DNA of 64,000 nucleotides from Thermoanaerobaculia bacterium. Its GTDB lineage: Bacteria; Acidobacteriota; Thermoanaerobaculia; UBA5066; Gp7-AA6. Of the stretch, positions 46,251 to 55,881 are shown in pieces. Location of the stretch: positions 4,838-68,837 of the forward strand of contig JBBDKM010000057.1 of the NCBI GenBank assembly GCA_040879385.1. The letters run 5' to 3'. The translations under genes and the position numbers were made by a program. The stretch's first letter is position 1, and the number at the start of each line of letters is the position of its first letter. The notes under the pieces were generated by a model that did no database searches, had not been told where the DNA came from, and saw nothing but the letters and a program-made list of their open reading frames with translations.

Positions 46251-47519
46251 TCAGAGCGCGAGGTCGGGCGCGGAGACGGGGAGCTTGCCGACGTTGCCGA
46301 CGACCGAGAGCGACAGGACTCGGCCGTCGAAGAGGCGCTCGGCTTCCTCGCCCACCTCGACCTCGCAGACCGCCTCGACCTTCGCGATCCACTCCTCGGG
46401 CGTCACGATACGCCCGAAATAGAACTCCTGCCGCGCCGCGAGCGACATCCGGGACACCGTCGACTCGAGGGCCAGGATCATGTTGCCCTCGAGATTCTCC
46501 TTGGCCCGGGCCAGCTCCTGCGGACGCACTCCCCCGCGTTTCAGCTTCTTGAGCTCCCGCAGTGTGACCTCGAGGACGCGCGGCAGGTTCTTGGGTGCGC
46601 AGGCGGCGGAAATGGTCTCGTAGCCGCCAAGCCGATAGGCGCTCCACGAAGACCCGATCGAGTACACGAGACCGCGCTTCTCGCGGACCTCCTGAAAGAG
46701 CCGTGAGGACATGCCTCCGCCGAGGATGACGTCGAGGAGGCTCGCGGCGAACCGCCGCGCGCTCGCCTGGGACGGCCCCTCGACGCCGAGACAGACATGG
46801 ACCTGCTCGAGGCCTCGCCGCGTCTTGAGCGCGAGGTGCTGATGCGATCGCGGGCGCCGATTCGTCTCCGGCGGCGAAGGCTTCGAGCCGCCCGGGCGAC
46901 GGTGGAACAGCTGCGCGAGCGCCGCCAGCACGTCCGCCGCGCGCACGCGGCCGGCGACCGCGACGATCAGGTTGCCCGGAGAGTAGCGCGCGCGATAGTA
47001 GCGATAGAGGTCGTCGCGCCCGATGGCGCGCACGGTCTCCCCCGTCCCGAGGATCGGCGCGCCGAGAGGGTGGCTCTTCCAGAAGGAGCGGACGAACGTC
47101 TCGTGCGCGAGATCGTCGGGATTGTCGTTGGCCTCTCCGATCTCCTCGAGGATGACGCCGCGCTCGTTCTCGATGTCGGACTCCTCGAAGGCCGGCGAGA
47201 GCACGACGTCGCCGAGGAGGTCGAGCGCCTCGGCGAAGCGCGTGTCGAGCGTGTGGACGTAGAAGCCCGTGTACTCCTTGGTCGTGAAGGCGTCGACGTC
47301 GCCGCCGAGCCGGTCGATGGCCCGCGCGATCTCGACGTTGGATCGGCGAAGCGTTCGCTTGAAGAGCACGTGCTCCAGGAAGTGCGAGAGGCCCTGCCGG
47401 CGCGCCGGCTCGTCTCCGGAGCCCGCCTTGACGAAGAAGCCCAGCGCGAACGAGCGCACGTCCTGCATCTCGTCGATGAGGACGGTGACGCCGTTGTCGA
47501 GGATGTGTTTGACGACCAT
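46251..47519 (-). CDS. M16-family (pitrilysin/insulinase-like) zinc peptidase
   Basis: GLSHFLEHVLFKRT (inverted HxxEH zinc motif) and downstream Glu region ERGVILEEI. Confidence 0.85.
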   Translation of the reverse strand: MVVKHILDNGVTVLIDEMQDVRSFALGFFVKAGSGDEPARRQGLSHFLEHVLFKRTLRRSNVEIARAIDRLGGDVDAFTTKEYTGFYVHTLDTRFAEALDLLGDVVLSPAFEESDIENERGVILEEIGEANDNPDDLAHETFVRSFWKSHPLGAPILGTGETVRAIGRDDLYRYYRARYSPGNLIVAVAGRVRAADVLAALAQLFHRRPGGSKPSPPETNRRPRSHQHLALKTRRGLEQVHVCLGVEGPSQASARRFAASLLDVILGGGMSSRLFQEVREKRGLVYSIGSSWSAYRLGGYETISAACAPKNLPRVLEVTLRELKKLKRGGVRPQELARAKENLEGNMILALESTVSRMSLAARQEFYFGRIVTPEEWIAKVEAVCEVEVGEEAERLFDGRVLSLSVVGNVGKLPVSAPDLAL

Positions 47520-47525
47520 CGCCGG

Positions 47526-48221
47526 TCAGGGCCTCCGCGGCGTCACACCATAACGCAACGTGTTCGGATCGAAGGCCTGCTGCTGGTCGTTGTCCGCGTC
47601 GCCCGCGATGAAGCGCCACTCGTCGGTGTAATCGCGTTCGCGCCACTTGCGGAGGGCGCGCTGCCGCTTCTTGGCGCGCACGCCGACGATCGGCCCGATG
47701 GTCTGCGGATCTTTCGGGGCGAAGATGCCGGTGCTGAAGGGCGGCGGCGGCGGCGGCGTGGCCGCTTCGCCTCCGCCGAGAAAAGGCGGCTGGGTCGGTT
47801 GGAGCCCCGTGTAGGTGGAAGGCGGCTGGTTGCCGGATCCGGGCGTGCGCCGCGAGCCCTCTCCGGGAAGCCCGCCGCCCGGCGGCAGCGGGCCCTGCCC
47901 CATCGGAACCGCCTCGGGAGAGCCCGCGATGATCACCTGCCACCCGTCGTCGCAGTTGCAGAGAGGCTCTCTCCAGAGCTGGCGGATCGAGCGCGGGCGC
48001 AGGGCGAAGAGCTCCTTGAGCTCGTTGGGATACCGACCGTACCGCTTCTGGAACGCCACGATCGACCGCGCGTACTGCTTTCCGCGGAAGACGAGCTCGA
48101 TCTCCTTGTCGCGCTGGACGATCGTGGCGATCGACGGCCCGACCGCAGCGATCAGGATCGTCAGGATGGCGATCCCGACGACGACCCCCACGAGGGTGAA
48201 GCCGGAAGTCTTCGTCACCAC
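47526..48221 (-). CDS. Pseudopilin/pilin-like protein with atypical N-terminus (Gly instead of Glu at +5)
   Basis: MVTKTSGFTLVGVVVGIAILTILIAAV resembles a prepilin leader plus hydrophobic helix, but GFTLVG lacks the conserved Glu5. Pro/Gly-rich C-terminal half. Confidence 0.45.
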   Translation of the reverse strand: MVTKTSGFTLVGVVVGIAILTILIAAVGPSIATIVQRDKEIELVFRGKQYARSIVAFQKRYGRYPNELKELFALRPRSIRQLWREPLCNCDDGWQVIIAGSPEAVPMGQGPLPPGGGLPGEGSRRTPGSGNQPPSTYTGLQPTQPPFLGGGEAATPPPPPPFSTGIFAPKDPQTIGPIVGVRAKKRQRALRKWRERDYTDEWRFIAGDADNDQQQAFDPNTLRYGVTPRRP

Positions 48222-48619
48222 TCGCTGTACGGCGTCGCGTCCAGCGCGACCTGCGTGGAGGCGCTGTGGACGTCGATGATCCCGGGGACGGCCTCCACGT
48301 TGGGGTCGTCGGACTCGGTGGCCTCTTCCTCGAAGGCGAGCACCCAGTCGGCCGCCTTGGTCATGGGGTCCAGCGGGATCTTGCGGATGTACCCGTCCCT
48401 GATGAGCGTCTGGAGGTCCGGCGGATAGTTGCCCTTGTCGCCCTTGTACTGGTCGATCACGCTCCGGAACGTGAAGAGGTCCGCCCGCAGCGTCGCCTCC
48501 CGCGCGCGCTTGGGCGAGTCGCGCAGGGCAGGCACCGCGATCGCGGCGAGGATCCCGATGATCGTCATGACGACGAGCAGCTCGAGAAGGGTGAAGCCGC
48601 GCTGGGACGTTTTCCGCAT
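48215..48619 (-). CDS. Type II secretion / type IV pilin-like pseudopilin (GspG-like)
   Basis: MRKTSQRGFTLLELLVVMTIIGILAAIAVP is a class-III signal peptide (G/FTLxE). Start taken at internal ATG 48619. Confidence 0.75.
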   Translation of the reverse strand: MRKTSQRGFTLLELLVVMTIIGILAAIAVPALRDSPKRAREATLRADLFTFRSVIDQYKGDKGNYPPDLQTLIRDGYIRKIPLDPMTKAADWVLAFEEEATESDDPNVEAVPGIIDVHSASTQVALDATPYSEW

Positions 48620-49107
48620 CACCAGTCCTTGTAGTACGTCCCGTCCAGCCCCTTCTTGTCGGACAGGGAGTAGACGTCGTAGATGTTCTGGCCGCCCCAG
48701 GCGAAGGAATCGGGCTCGTCCTGATAGGACCGCAGGCCCCACTCGGCCTGGCCCGTCATGGAGTCGATGGGGATGCGGCGCAGGAACTTCTGCTTCTTCT
48801 GGACCTGGCCGATGAGATTCACGCCCTTCACCATCACGTCCATGTCCGGCGGGTAGCCCTCCCCGCTGACCTCGAGCGGGATGAGCCCCGCGTCGGAAAG
48901 CTGCTTGTACTTGTCGATCGCGTCGCGCATCGTCCGGAGCTGGTGCCGCAGCTCCAGCTCCTTCTGGCGCCGCACCGAGTACCGGGCCACGGGCACGGCC
49001 ATGGCCGCCAGGATCGCGATCATGGCGGCCACGACCGCGAGCTCCACCATCGTGAAGCCTGCCGCGTTGCGGCGGGGCGCGACGGAGATCGGGGCCGACA
49101 ACATCAT
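48619..49107 (-). CDS. GspG-like major pseudopilin
   Basis: AAGFTMVELAVVAAMIAILAAMAVP, then RRIPIDSMTGQAEWG...YDVYSLSDKKGLDGTYYKDW collinear with GspG. Confidence 0.75.
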   Translation of the reverse strand: MMLSAPISVAPRRNAAGFTMVELAVVAAMIAILAAMAVPVARYSVRRQKELELRHQLRTMRDAIDKYKQLSDAGLIPLEVSGEGYPPDMDVMVKGVNLIGQVQKKQKFLRRIPIDSMTGQAEWGLRSYQDEPDSFAWGGQNIYDVYSLSDKKGLDGTYYKDW

Positions 49108-51443
49108 CGGATCTCGACGACCGCCTGCGACAGCGTCACGGAGGCTCCCGGCATCTCCATCGGCTCGAACGCCAGCGCCGCGCGCCCGGGAGCAATTCCG
49201 CGCAGCGTGATCTCCGCCACTGCGCGCGTTCCGGAGAGGTCCGGCGACTCGGGAATCTGGATGACGACGCGGTCCGAGTCGATGCGGCTTTCGGCCATGC
49301 CCGTGCCGCTGCCGAGAATGGGACGCACGCCGACGGCCGCCGCGACCGACGGATCGAAACGCACTGTGAGCGTCCCGCCCGGAAAGCCCGCCGCGGAGGT
49401 CGCGCGGACGAGGATCGACTGCTGCTGTCCCGACGACAACGCGATGTAGGCCGGGTCGAAGTCGAGGAGGACGTGGTTCGTGCCGTCGGACGGGCCGGTC
49501 ACGGCCGCCAGCGCCCCCACCGACACGCCGCCCGCCTCCGCTTTCGCGCCCTGCGGCGGCACCTGCTCCCGCGGCGAGGTCGGAGGCGTCGCCGGCTGGG
49601 GCCGGAAGATGTCGGTCGGCCCGCTGCTCGGCGCCAGATTGATCCCGGGGTTCGCCGGGGGTGTCGGCTGCATCCGCGGCGGCGGCGGCTGCTTGCCGGC
49701 GGGCGGCTCGAAGGGCCCGGCGTCGCGCTGCGGGTTCTCGACGCGCGGCGTCCCCTGGTACGAGATGTTGGCGTCGGTGCCGACATAGACGGGCATCAGG
49801 TCTTCCTCGGTGATGTCGGGGATCCGGATGATGTGCGGCGTCAGCGTCAGGACGAGGTCGGTGGTCTTGTTGTCGTTGCCCTTGTACGTGAAGAGGCGGC
49901 CGATGATCGGGATGTCGCCGAGGAAGGGGATCGTCTTCGCGTCGACGGCCTTGTCGGTCCGGTACAGCCCGGCCAGGAAGTTCGTCTCGCCGTCCTTCAA
50001 GCGGATGTTCGAAGAGATCGTCCGCGTCCCGAACTGGGGCTGCGTCGTGCCCGGAGCCAGTCCTTCCTGATTCGAGACTTCCACCATCAGCTTCAGCGTC
50101 ACCTCCTTGTTGTGGTGGACGCGCGGCTCGACCTCGATCTTGATGCCGACGTCCTGGTACTGGAAGGACGTGATCGGGACGATGTTGCCGCCGCTGATGT
50201 TGCCCGAGTTGAAGCTCGTCACCGGGACCGGCACCTTGCTGCCGATCAGGAGCTGCGCCTTCTGGCCTTCCGAGATGCGGAGCTGGGGCTTGGCGAGGAG
50301 CTCGGAGTTCGTGTTGTCCTTGATGAACGTCAACGTCGCGGAGGGGATGGTGAAGCCGAACGAGTTGACGTTGAGCTTGTTCAACTGGCTCCAGCTGAAG
50401 GCACCGGTCGGAAGCGCCGCGTCCAGGTTGGTGATGCCCCCGGGCGCGGGAACCGACGCCCCGACCTCATTGCGCGGTTTGAGCTGCAGACCGAGCTGCT
50501 CGAGCTTGCTCGTGTTGATCTGCAGCAGCTCCACGTCCACGACGACCTCGGCGACCTGCTTGTCGTTCTGCTCGACAATGCGCTCCGCGACGGCCACCTT
50601 GTCGGACGTGTCGCGCAGCGTGACCGAATTCTCCGCCTTGTTGACGGAGATGCGGGTCGTCTGCAGAAGCGCCCGCAGCGCGTTGGCCACTTCGGTGACT
50701 TCGGCGTTGGAGAGGAAGAAGGTCCGGATGACCAGGTCCTCGTAGGTCTTGCGATTCTGCGGTGTGTCCGCGGCGATCAGGATGGTCCTCTCGTCGATGA
50801 CCTTGTAGAAGTGGTTCTCCTGGCGCAGCAGCGTCTCTAAGGCCTTCTGGAACTCGATCGAGGACAGGACGATCGAGACGTTGTCGTCCTTCAACTGCGG
50901 ATCGAAGACCACGTTGATCCCGGCCGCATCCGCGAGCGCCCGGTAGATCTGCTTGATGGGCTTGGGCTGCGGAAAGTTCAGGTTGATGGGACGGTCGCTC
51001 GCGGGCTCGAGCATCGGGGTCACCGCGCGCATGCCCTTCGCCTTCTTCTTCATCCTCTGCATGTTCGAGTCGGCGTTCTTCTCGGCGTCCTGGCGGACCT
51101 TCTCTTCCCTCGCCTTGCGCAGCTCGACGTCCGCGTAATCGTTCGTCGGATCGAGCAGTACGGCCTGCTCCAGCTCCACGGTCGCGAGGTCCGGCCGCCC
51201 GGACGCCCGGTACATCTTGCCCTTCTCGAAGTGAAACTGTGAGGCGCGCAGGCGCGCGCGCGCGAGCGACGCCTTGTACCCCGCGTTGCCGGGCTCGAGA
51301 TCCAGCGCTCGGGCGTAGTTCAGGACCGCGAGATCCCAGTGGCCGAGCGTCTCCTCGTCGCGAGCATTCCGAAACGTGTTCGAGCCCGCGCACCCCATCG
51401 TCACGGCAAGCAACGCCGCCAGCGAAATCTTCCGGAGCTTCAT
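49104..51443 (-). CDS. Secretin (GspD/PilQ family) lipoprotein with N-terminal TPR-like region
   Basis: Lipobox MKLRKISLAALLAVTMGCAGS. Secretin core LAKPQLRISEGQKAQLLIGSKVPVPV...ETNFLAGLYRTDKAVDAKTIPFLGDIPIIGRLF. Pro-rich linker. Confidence 0.85.
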   Translation of the reverse strand: MKLRKISLAALLAVTMGCAGSNTFRNARDEETLGHWDLAVLNYARALDLEPGNAGYKASLARARLRASQFHFEKGKMYRASGRPDLATVELEQAVLLDPTNDYADVELRKAREEKVRQDAEKNADSNMQRMKKKAKGMRAVTPMLEPASDRPINLNFPQPKPIKQIYRALADAAGINVVFDPQLKDDNVSIVLSSIEFQKALETLLRQENHFYKVIDERTILIAADTPQNRKTYEDLVIRTFFLSNAEVTEVANALRALLQTTRISVNKAENSVTLRDTSDKVAVAERIVEQNDKQVAEVVVDVELLQINTSKLEQLGLQLKPRNEVGASVPAPGGITNLDAALPTGAFSWSQLNKLNVNSFGFTIPSATLTFIKDNTNSELLAKPQLRISEGQKAQLLIGSKVPVPVTSFNSGNISGGNIVPITSFQYQDVGIKIEVEPRVHHNKEVTLKLMVEVSNQEGLAPGTTQPQFGTRTISSNIRLKDGETNFLAGLYRTDKAVDAKTIPFLGDIPIIGRLFTYKGNDNKTTDLVLTLTPHIIRIPDITEEDLMPVYVGTDANISYQGTPRVENPQRDAGPFEPPAGKQPPPPRMQPTPPANPGINLAPSSGPTDIFRPQPATPPTSPREQVPPQGAKAEAGGVSVGALAAVTGPSDGTNHVLLDFDPAYIALSSGQQQSILVRATSAAGFPGGTLTVRFDPSVAAAVGVRPILGSGTGMAESRIDSDRVVIQIPESPDLSGTRAVAEITLRGIAPGRAALAFEPMEMPGASVTLSQAVVEIR

Positions 51444-51469
51444 CAGGACTACCCCTTCTCCCATGTTCG

Positions 51470-52096
51470 TCACGGCGTGATTCCCAGGCGGCGCGTCTCG
51501 GATTCCGCGAACCCCACGAAGCCCACGTCGATCGACTCGTATCCCACCTTACGCAGTACGAACTTCCCGAAGAGAACGTCGCCGGTGCGGACGTTGAGAA
51601 TCTGATCTCCCTGCTGAATCACCGCGATGGGGCGATCCCTCGGCCCGAAGGTGCCGATGAACTTGAAGCTGACCGCCGGCGGCGCGGGCGTCGGCGTCAA
51701 CGGCGGCGGCGGCGGCGGGCCCACGAAGCGGATATCGCCCGGCACCGGCGGCGCGGGCGTCGGCGTGGGCTGCGGAGGCCGCGTCGGCTCGCTCAGGCCG
51801 AAGAGATCGCGGCCGGTGTCGGCGAAGCCCCGGGCCGGGCGGGCCCCCAGGTCCTCGACCGAGAGAAGCGGCACCTCGTCGGGCGAGACTTCCTTGCTCG
51901 CGGAGCGCCTCGCCCCGCGCGGGGGTCCGGCGTCTTCCGCGAAGACCCCGTCCGGGGCCGGTCGGGCGGGTCCCGGCCGAGGGGGCGCCGGCGCCGCGCC
52001 CGGGCGCCACCGCACGATCGCGAGGACGAGGACGACGGCGAGCACCGCGAGCAGGATCGCCTGCTTGCGCGAGCCGAGCGACTGGCCGAGCTTCAT
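51470..52096 (-). CDS. Hypothetical TM protein, possibly PilP/GspC-like
   Basis: MKLGQSLGSRKQAILLAVLAVVLVLAIV anchor, Pro-rich spacer, C-terminal beta-rich IAVIQQGDQILNVRTGDVLFGKFVLRKVGYESIDVGF. Its position between pilO-like and secretin genes supports a PilP role. Confidence 0.4.
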   Translation of the reverse strand: MKLGQSLGSRKQAILLAVLAVVLVLAIVRWRPGAAPAPPRPGPARPAPDGVFAEDAGPPRGARRSASKEVSPDEVPLLSVEDLGARPARGFADTGRDLFGLSEPTRPPQPTPTPAPPVPGDIRFVGPPPPPPLTPTPAPPAVSFKFIGTFGPRDRPIAVIQQGDQILNVRTGDVLFGKFVLRKVGYESIDVGFVGFAESETRRLGITP

Positions 52097-52727
52097 CGGC
52101 TCGCCTTCCGCGCCGGCAGGGCCGCCGCCGACGCCGCGTCGGGCTTCCCGGGAGGCCCTTCCCGCTCGTCGAAATAGGTCACCAGGTCCATCTGAACCTG
52201 CACGGATCCCGGTTGCTCCGGATCGCGCTGTATGGAGACGGTCCGCACGGCGAGCCAGCGGCGGCTCCCCTCGAAGGCCTTGAGGAGGCGCTTGAACCGC
52301 GGATAGTCGCATCGGACCGAAAAGCTGATCTGCATCTGGGTCAGCGGGAGCGCCTTGTCGGGGGTGGTGCTGTAGGAGATCTGCGCCGCCGCCACACCCG
52401 CCTGCTCGAGGATCGCGTGCAACTCGGCGACGACGGAGGCGAGCAGCGCCCGCTGCGTCCCGATGCGCCGGCCGTAGAACTCCTCGATCGCGTCCGACAC
52501 GCCCGACAGCCGCTCCTCCTGCGCCGAAATCCGCGCCGCCTCCGCCTCGCGCTTCTCGACCGATTGCTGCAGCTCCACGCGCCGGGCCTCGAGGGCCTCG
52601 CGCCGGGTCTGCGAGCTCGCCCGATAGGAGAAGAACAGCGCGAGGTTCCCGGCCGCGAAAAGCGCGGCGGCGGCGGCGAGCGGCAGCCGGCGCTGCCAGG
52701 AGGGGCGGCGGACGGTCACGGTCACGG
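52093..52727 (-). CDS. PilO-like pilus/secretion assembly protein
   Basis: GTG start overlaps the pilN-like stop. Single TM (LPLAAAAALFAAGNLALFFS), coiled coil, C-terminal periplasmic domain. Inferred from position and architecture only. Confidence 0.5.
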
Positions 52728-53297
52728 GCGCTCCTCCGCGTGATAGCGGGTCTCGAGCTGGAACCCGAAGGGGTCCGGAGCTCCCGCCTCCCCCGCCGAT
52801 TCGCTGCGCAGCACGACGTCGGCGAAGACGGGGTCCTTCGCGAGCGCCGTGATCGTCGGCACGACCGCCTCGCGGCCGCGCGCCACCAGCTGCATGTCGA
52901 GCCAGACCTCGCCGGGCAGGCCGAACCGGGGTTGCAGGCGCGCGACCCCGACCTGTCCGGGCAGGGTGCGCTCCAGCCGGGCCAGGAGCCGGGTCCACGA
53001 GAACTGCCGCTCGGCGGCGATGCGCGTCAGGCCGCGGCTCTCCTCTGCGAGGGCCGAGAGCCGGTACGAGGAGAGGGCCGTTTTCGCCGCGTTCGCCTTC
53101 TGGTCGGCCCGCCGGCCGCGGTCTTCGAGGGCCGCGATCGACCCGCGCGTGTCCGCCACCCCGCGGCGGTACTCGGCGATCAGCCGCAGGTTGGCAACGA
53201 GAAAGGCCGCGCCGATCACGAGCAGGACGACCGCGGCGGCATAGAGCCGTCGGTCGTCCCGAAAGGGGCGCCTGGCGAAGTTCCAGGTCCGGCTCAT
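52722..53297 (-). CDS. PilN-like assembly protein
   Basis: N-terminal WNFARRPF followed by TM (AAAVVLLVIGAAFLVANL), as in PilN. 191 aa. Confidence 0.55.
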   Translation of the reverse strand: MSRTWNFARRPFRDDRRLYAAAVVLLVIGAAFLVANLRLIAEYRRGVADTRGSIAALEDRGRRADQKANAAKTALSSYRLSALAEESRGLTRIAAERQFSWTRLLARLERTLPGQVGVARLQPRFGLPGEVWLDMQLVARGREAVVPTITALAKDPVFADVVLRSESAGEAGAPDPFGFQLETRYHAEERP

Positions 53298-54211
53298 GGG
53301 CTTCCGTACACCGCGGCGAAGCCGGCCAGGAGCTCGGGCCGCGAGGCCACGCGCTCGTCGAAATCCGGGGCGGCCTCGAAGAGCCCGGCCGAGATCGGAA
53401 CCACGGCGACCGGGAAGGCGCCGGCTCGCGCGAGCTCCCCGCCCGGCAGCTCGTCGTGGACATAGACGGCCTTGAGCCCCGGACCCCGGAGCTTCTCGGC
53501 GTAGTAGGACAGCGACAGGCGCGCCTCGCGGTCCTGGTCTTCGTCGTCCTCGGGCGGCCGCTGCCGGAAAAAGATCGGCACGCCGTCCCGCGCGATGAAG
53601 AACGCCAGTGTTCCACGGGAGCGGTGCAGCAGCGCGTAGTCGCCCTCCGCCTTCGACGACAGCCGGGCCGCGAGGCCCTCGAAGAGAGCCAGGCTCGCGG
53701 GCGCGAGATAGCCGATCCGCACGCCGAGGTCCTCGAAGGCGCGCTCGATCGAGGCGATCGCGTCCCGGGGCGCCGCGGCGACGAGCACGCGCTTCTCCTC
53801 GGACAGGACAGGCATGGCCTGCCAGACGACGTCGAGCTCCGCGGTCGACCCGGGCAGGAGCTTTTTCAATTTCCAGAGGATCATCTCGCGCCCCGCGTCC
53901 TCGTCGGCCGGCAGCGTCTCGAGCTCGACGGTCAGGATCTTCGCCCAGGCGTCGGGATACACGACCGAGGCGCGCGCCAGGCGGCCGCCCGAGAGAGCGC
54001 GGGCCGCCTTCACGGCTTCCGCGAGCGCTTCGCGCGTGACCAGAGGAACCCCACCGGGGCCGGCGTGCAGCGCCCCCGACGGATAGCGGAAATGCCGCGC
54101 CTCCTCGAAACCGGGTGGCGAATCACGGCGCACCCGCGCGTAGGTCACGCCGTCTTCGAGCAGGCAGAAGACGTGCGGCGGCACCACGGAACTCAGGAAC
54201 GGCAGCTTCAC
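53294..54211 (-). CDS. PilM-like cytoplasmic assembly protein
   Basis: 305 aa cytoplasmic protein immediately upstream of pilN-like with 4-nt overlap. Weak actin-like fold features. Assignment mainly by synteny. Confidence 0.45.
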   Translation of the reverse strand: MKLPFLSSVVPPHVFCLLEDGVTYARVRRDSPPGFEEARHFRYPSGALHAGPGGVPLVTREALAEAVKAARALSGGRLARASVVYPDAWAKILTVELETLPADEDAGREMILWKLKKLLPGSTAELDVVWQAMPVLSEEKRVLVAAAPRDAIASIERAFEDLGVRIGYLAPASLALFEGLAARLSSKAEGDYALLHRSRGTLAFFIARDGVPIFFRQRPPEDDEDQDREARLSLSYYAEKLRGPGLKAVYVHDELPGGELARAGAFPVAVVPISAGLFEAAPDFDERVASRPELLAGFAAVYGSP

Positions 54212-54232
54212 GCGATCGCGCTCCCGACTCGT

Positions 54233-55870
54233 CTAGTCGACAAAGGTCACCTTGTTGATCTCCTTGAGGGTCGTCGTGCCCTCGAAGACCTTGGCGAGGG
54301 CCGCGTCGCGCAGGAAGATCATTCCCTCCTCGCGCGCCGCCTTCTTGATCTCGGCCGCCGGGCGGCGCTCGAGGATGAGTCCGCGAATCTTGTCGGAGAG
54401 GTCGAGCAGCTCGGCGATCGCCATGCGGCCGTGGAAGCCCGTGCCGTCGCACTCGAGACACCCCTTGCCCTCGTAGAACTTCTGGCCGCGGAGCTTCTCC
54501 GGGTCGAGCCCCGCTTCGAGCAGCAGCTCCGGCTTGATCTCGACCGGCTCCTTGCAGTGCACGCAGATCTTGCGGACGAGCCGCTGCGCCAGCACGCAGT
54601 TCAGGGCCGAGACGAAGTTGTACAGCTCGACCTTCATGTTGAGGAAGCGGCCGAGGACGTCGACGACGTTGTTGGCGTGGACCGTGGTGAACACGAGGTG
54701 GCCCGTCAGCGCGGACTGGACGGCGATCTGGGCCGTCTCCTCGTCACGGATCTCGCCGACCATGATCTTGTCGGGGTCGTGGCGCAGGATCGACCGCAGG
54801 CCGCGCGCAAAGGTCAGCCCCTTCTTCTCGTTGACGGGGATCTGGGTCACGCCCCGGAGCTGGTACTCGACCGGGTCCTCGATCGTGACGATCTTGTCCT
54901 CGACGGACTGGATCTCCGAGAGGCAGGCGTAGAGGGTCGTCGTCTTGCCCGAGCCGGTGGGCCCCGTGACGAGCACCATGCCGTAGGGCTCGCGGATGAA
55001 CTTGCGGAGCTTCTTCTTGGTCTCCGCGTCGAAGCCGACGACCTCGAGGTTCAGGCTCTTGAACTCGGCGTTGGCCGACTCCTTGTCCAGGATGCGGATG
55101 ACGGAGTCCTCGCCGTGGACGGTCGGCATGATCGAAACGCGGAAGTCGATCGTGCGGCCGCGCACGCGGAGCTTGAAGCGGCCGTCCTGGGGGATGCGCT
55201 TCTCGGCGATGTCGAGCTCCGACATGATCTTGATGCGCGAGATGATCGTGCCGTGGTGGCGCTTGTCGATCGGGTCCATGGCCTGGTAGAGCACCCCGTC
55301 GATGCGGTACTTGATCAGAACGACGTTCTCCTGCGTCTCGATGTGGATGTCGGAGGCGCGGCGCTGGATCGCGTTGAACACGACCGAGTCCACGAGCTTG
55401 ATGATCGGCGAGGTGTCCTGGGTGATCCGGTCGATCGTGAGGGTCTCCTCGCCCTCCTCGTCCTCGGACACGAGCTGCATCCGGAAATCCTCGGTCGCCT
55501 CGTCGAGAACCCGCTGCGAGGACTCGCTCTTCTGGAGGATGTCGGCGATGGCGGTGCGGCTTCCGACCTTGACGCGCAGCGGCAGCCCCACGAGAAGCTG
55601 CAGCTCGTCGAGCCGCACGACGTCCGTCGGGTCGGCGCAGATGATCGTCAGGGCCTTCTCGGTGCGGCTCTCGGGCACGAAGCCGTAGCGCAGCATCCAC
55701 TCCACCGGGACCGACCGGAAGAGGTCGGCGTCGACGCGGAACGCGGGGATGTCGACGTACGGGAGGCCGAGCCGCTCGGCGAGCGCGATCGCCTGGGCCT
55801 CCTCCTCCGCCCGGGAGGAGAAGCGGACCGCGTCCGCGACCGACTTGCCGTTCGAGACCTGTTTCGCCAT
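54233..55870 (-). CDS. gspE: Type II secretion / type IV pilus assembly ATPase (GspE/PilB family)
   Basis: Walker A LVTGPTGSGKTT. Asp box, Walker B and His box (VGEIRDEETAQIAVQSALTGHLVFTTVHANN). Tetracysteine CVHCK...CLECDGTG. 546 aa from ATG 55870. Confidence 0.9.
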   Translation of the reverse strand: MAKQVSNGKSVADAVRFSSRAEEEAQAIALAERLGLPYVDIPAFRVDADLFRSVPVEWMLRYGFVPESRTEKALTIICADPTDVVRLDELQLLVGLPLRVKVGSRTAIADILQKSESSQRVLDEATEDFRMQLVSEDEEGEETLTIDRITQDTSPIIKLVDSVVFNAIQRRASDIHIETQENVVLIKYRIDGVLYQAMDPIDKRHHGTIISRIKIMSELDIAEKRIPQDGRFKLRVRGRTIDFRVSIMPTVHGEDSVIRILDKESANAEFKSLNLEVVGFDAETKKKLRKFIREPYGMVLVTGPTGSGKTTTLYACLSEIQSVEDKIVTIEDPVEYQLRGVTQIPVNEKKGLTFARGLRSILRHDPDKIMVGEIRDEETAQIAVQSALTGHLVFTTVHANNVVDVLGRFLNMKVELYNFVSALNCVLAQRLVRKICVHCKEPVEIKPELLLEAGLDPEKLRGQKFYEGKGCLECDGTGFHGRMAIAELLDLSDKIRGLILERRPAAEIKKAAREEGMIFLRDAALAKVFEGTTTLKEINKVTFVD

Positions 55871-55881
55871 GCCGTCCTTCC

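Noticed and set aside
52093-53616. 507-aa ORF spanning the pilN/pilO region
   Set aside because: The upstream portion overlaps the pilN-like gene in another frame. Only the C-terminal ~211 aa (PilO-like) is taken.
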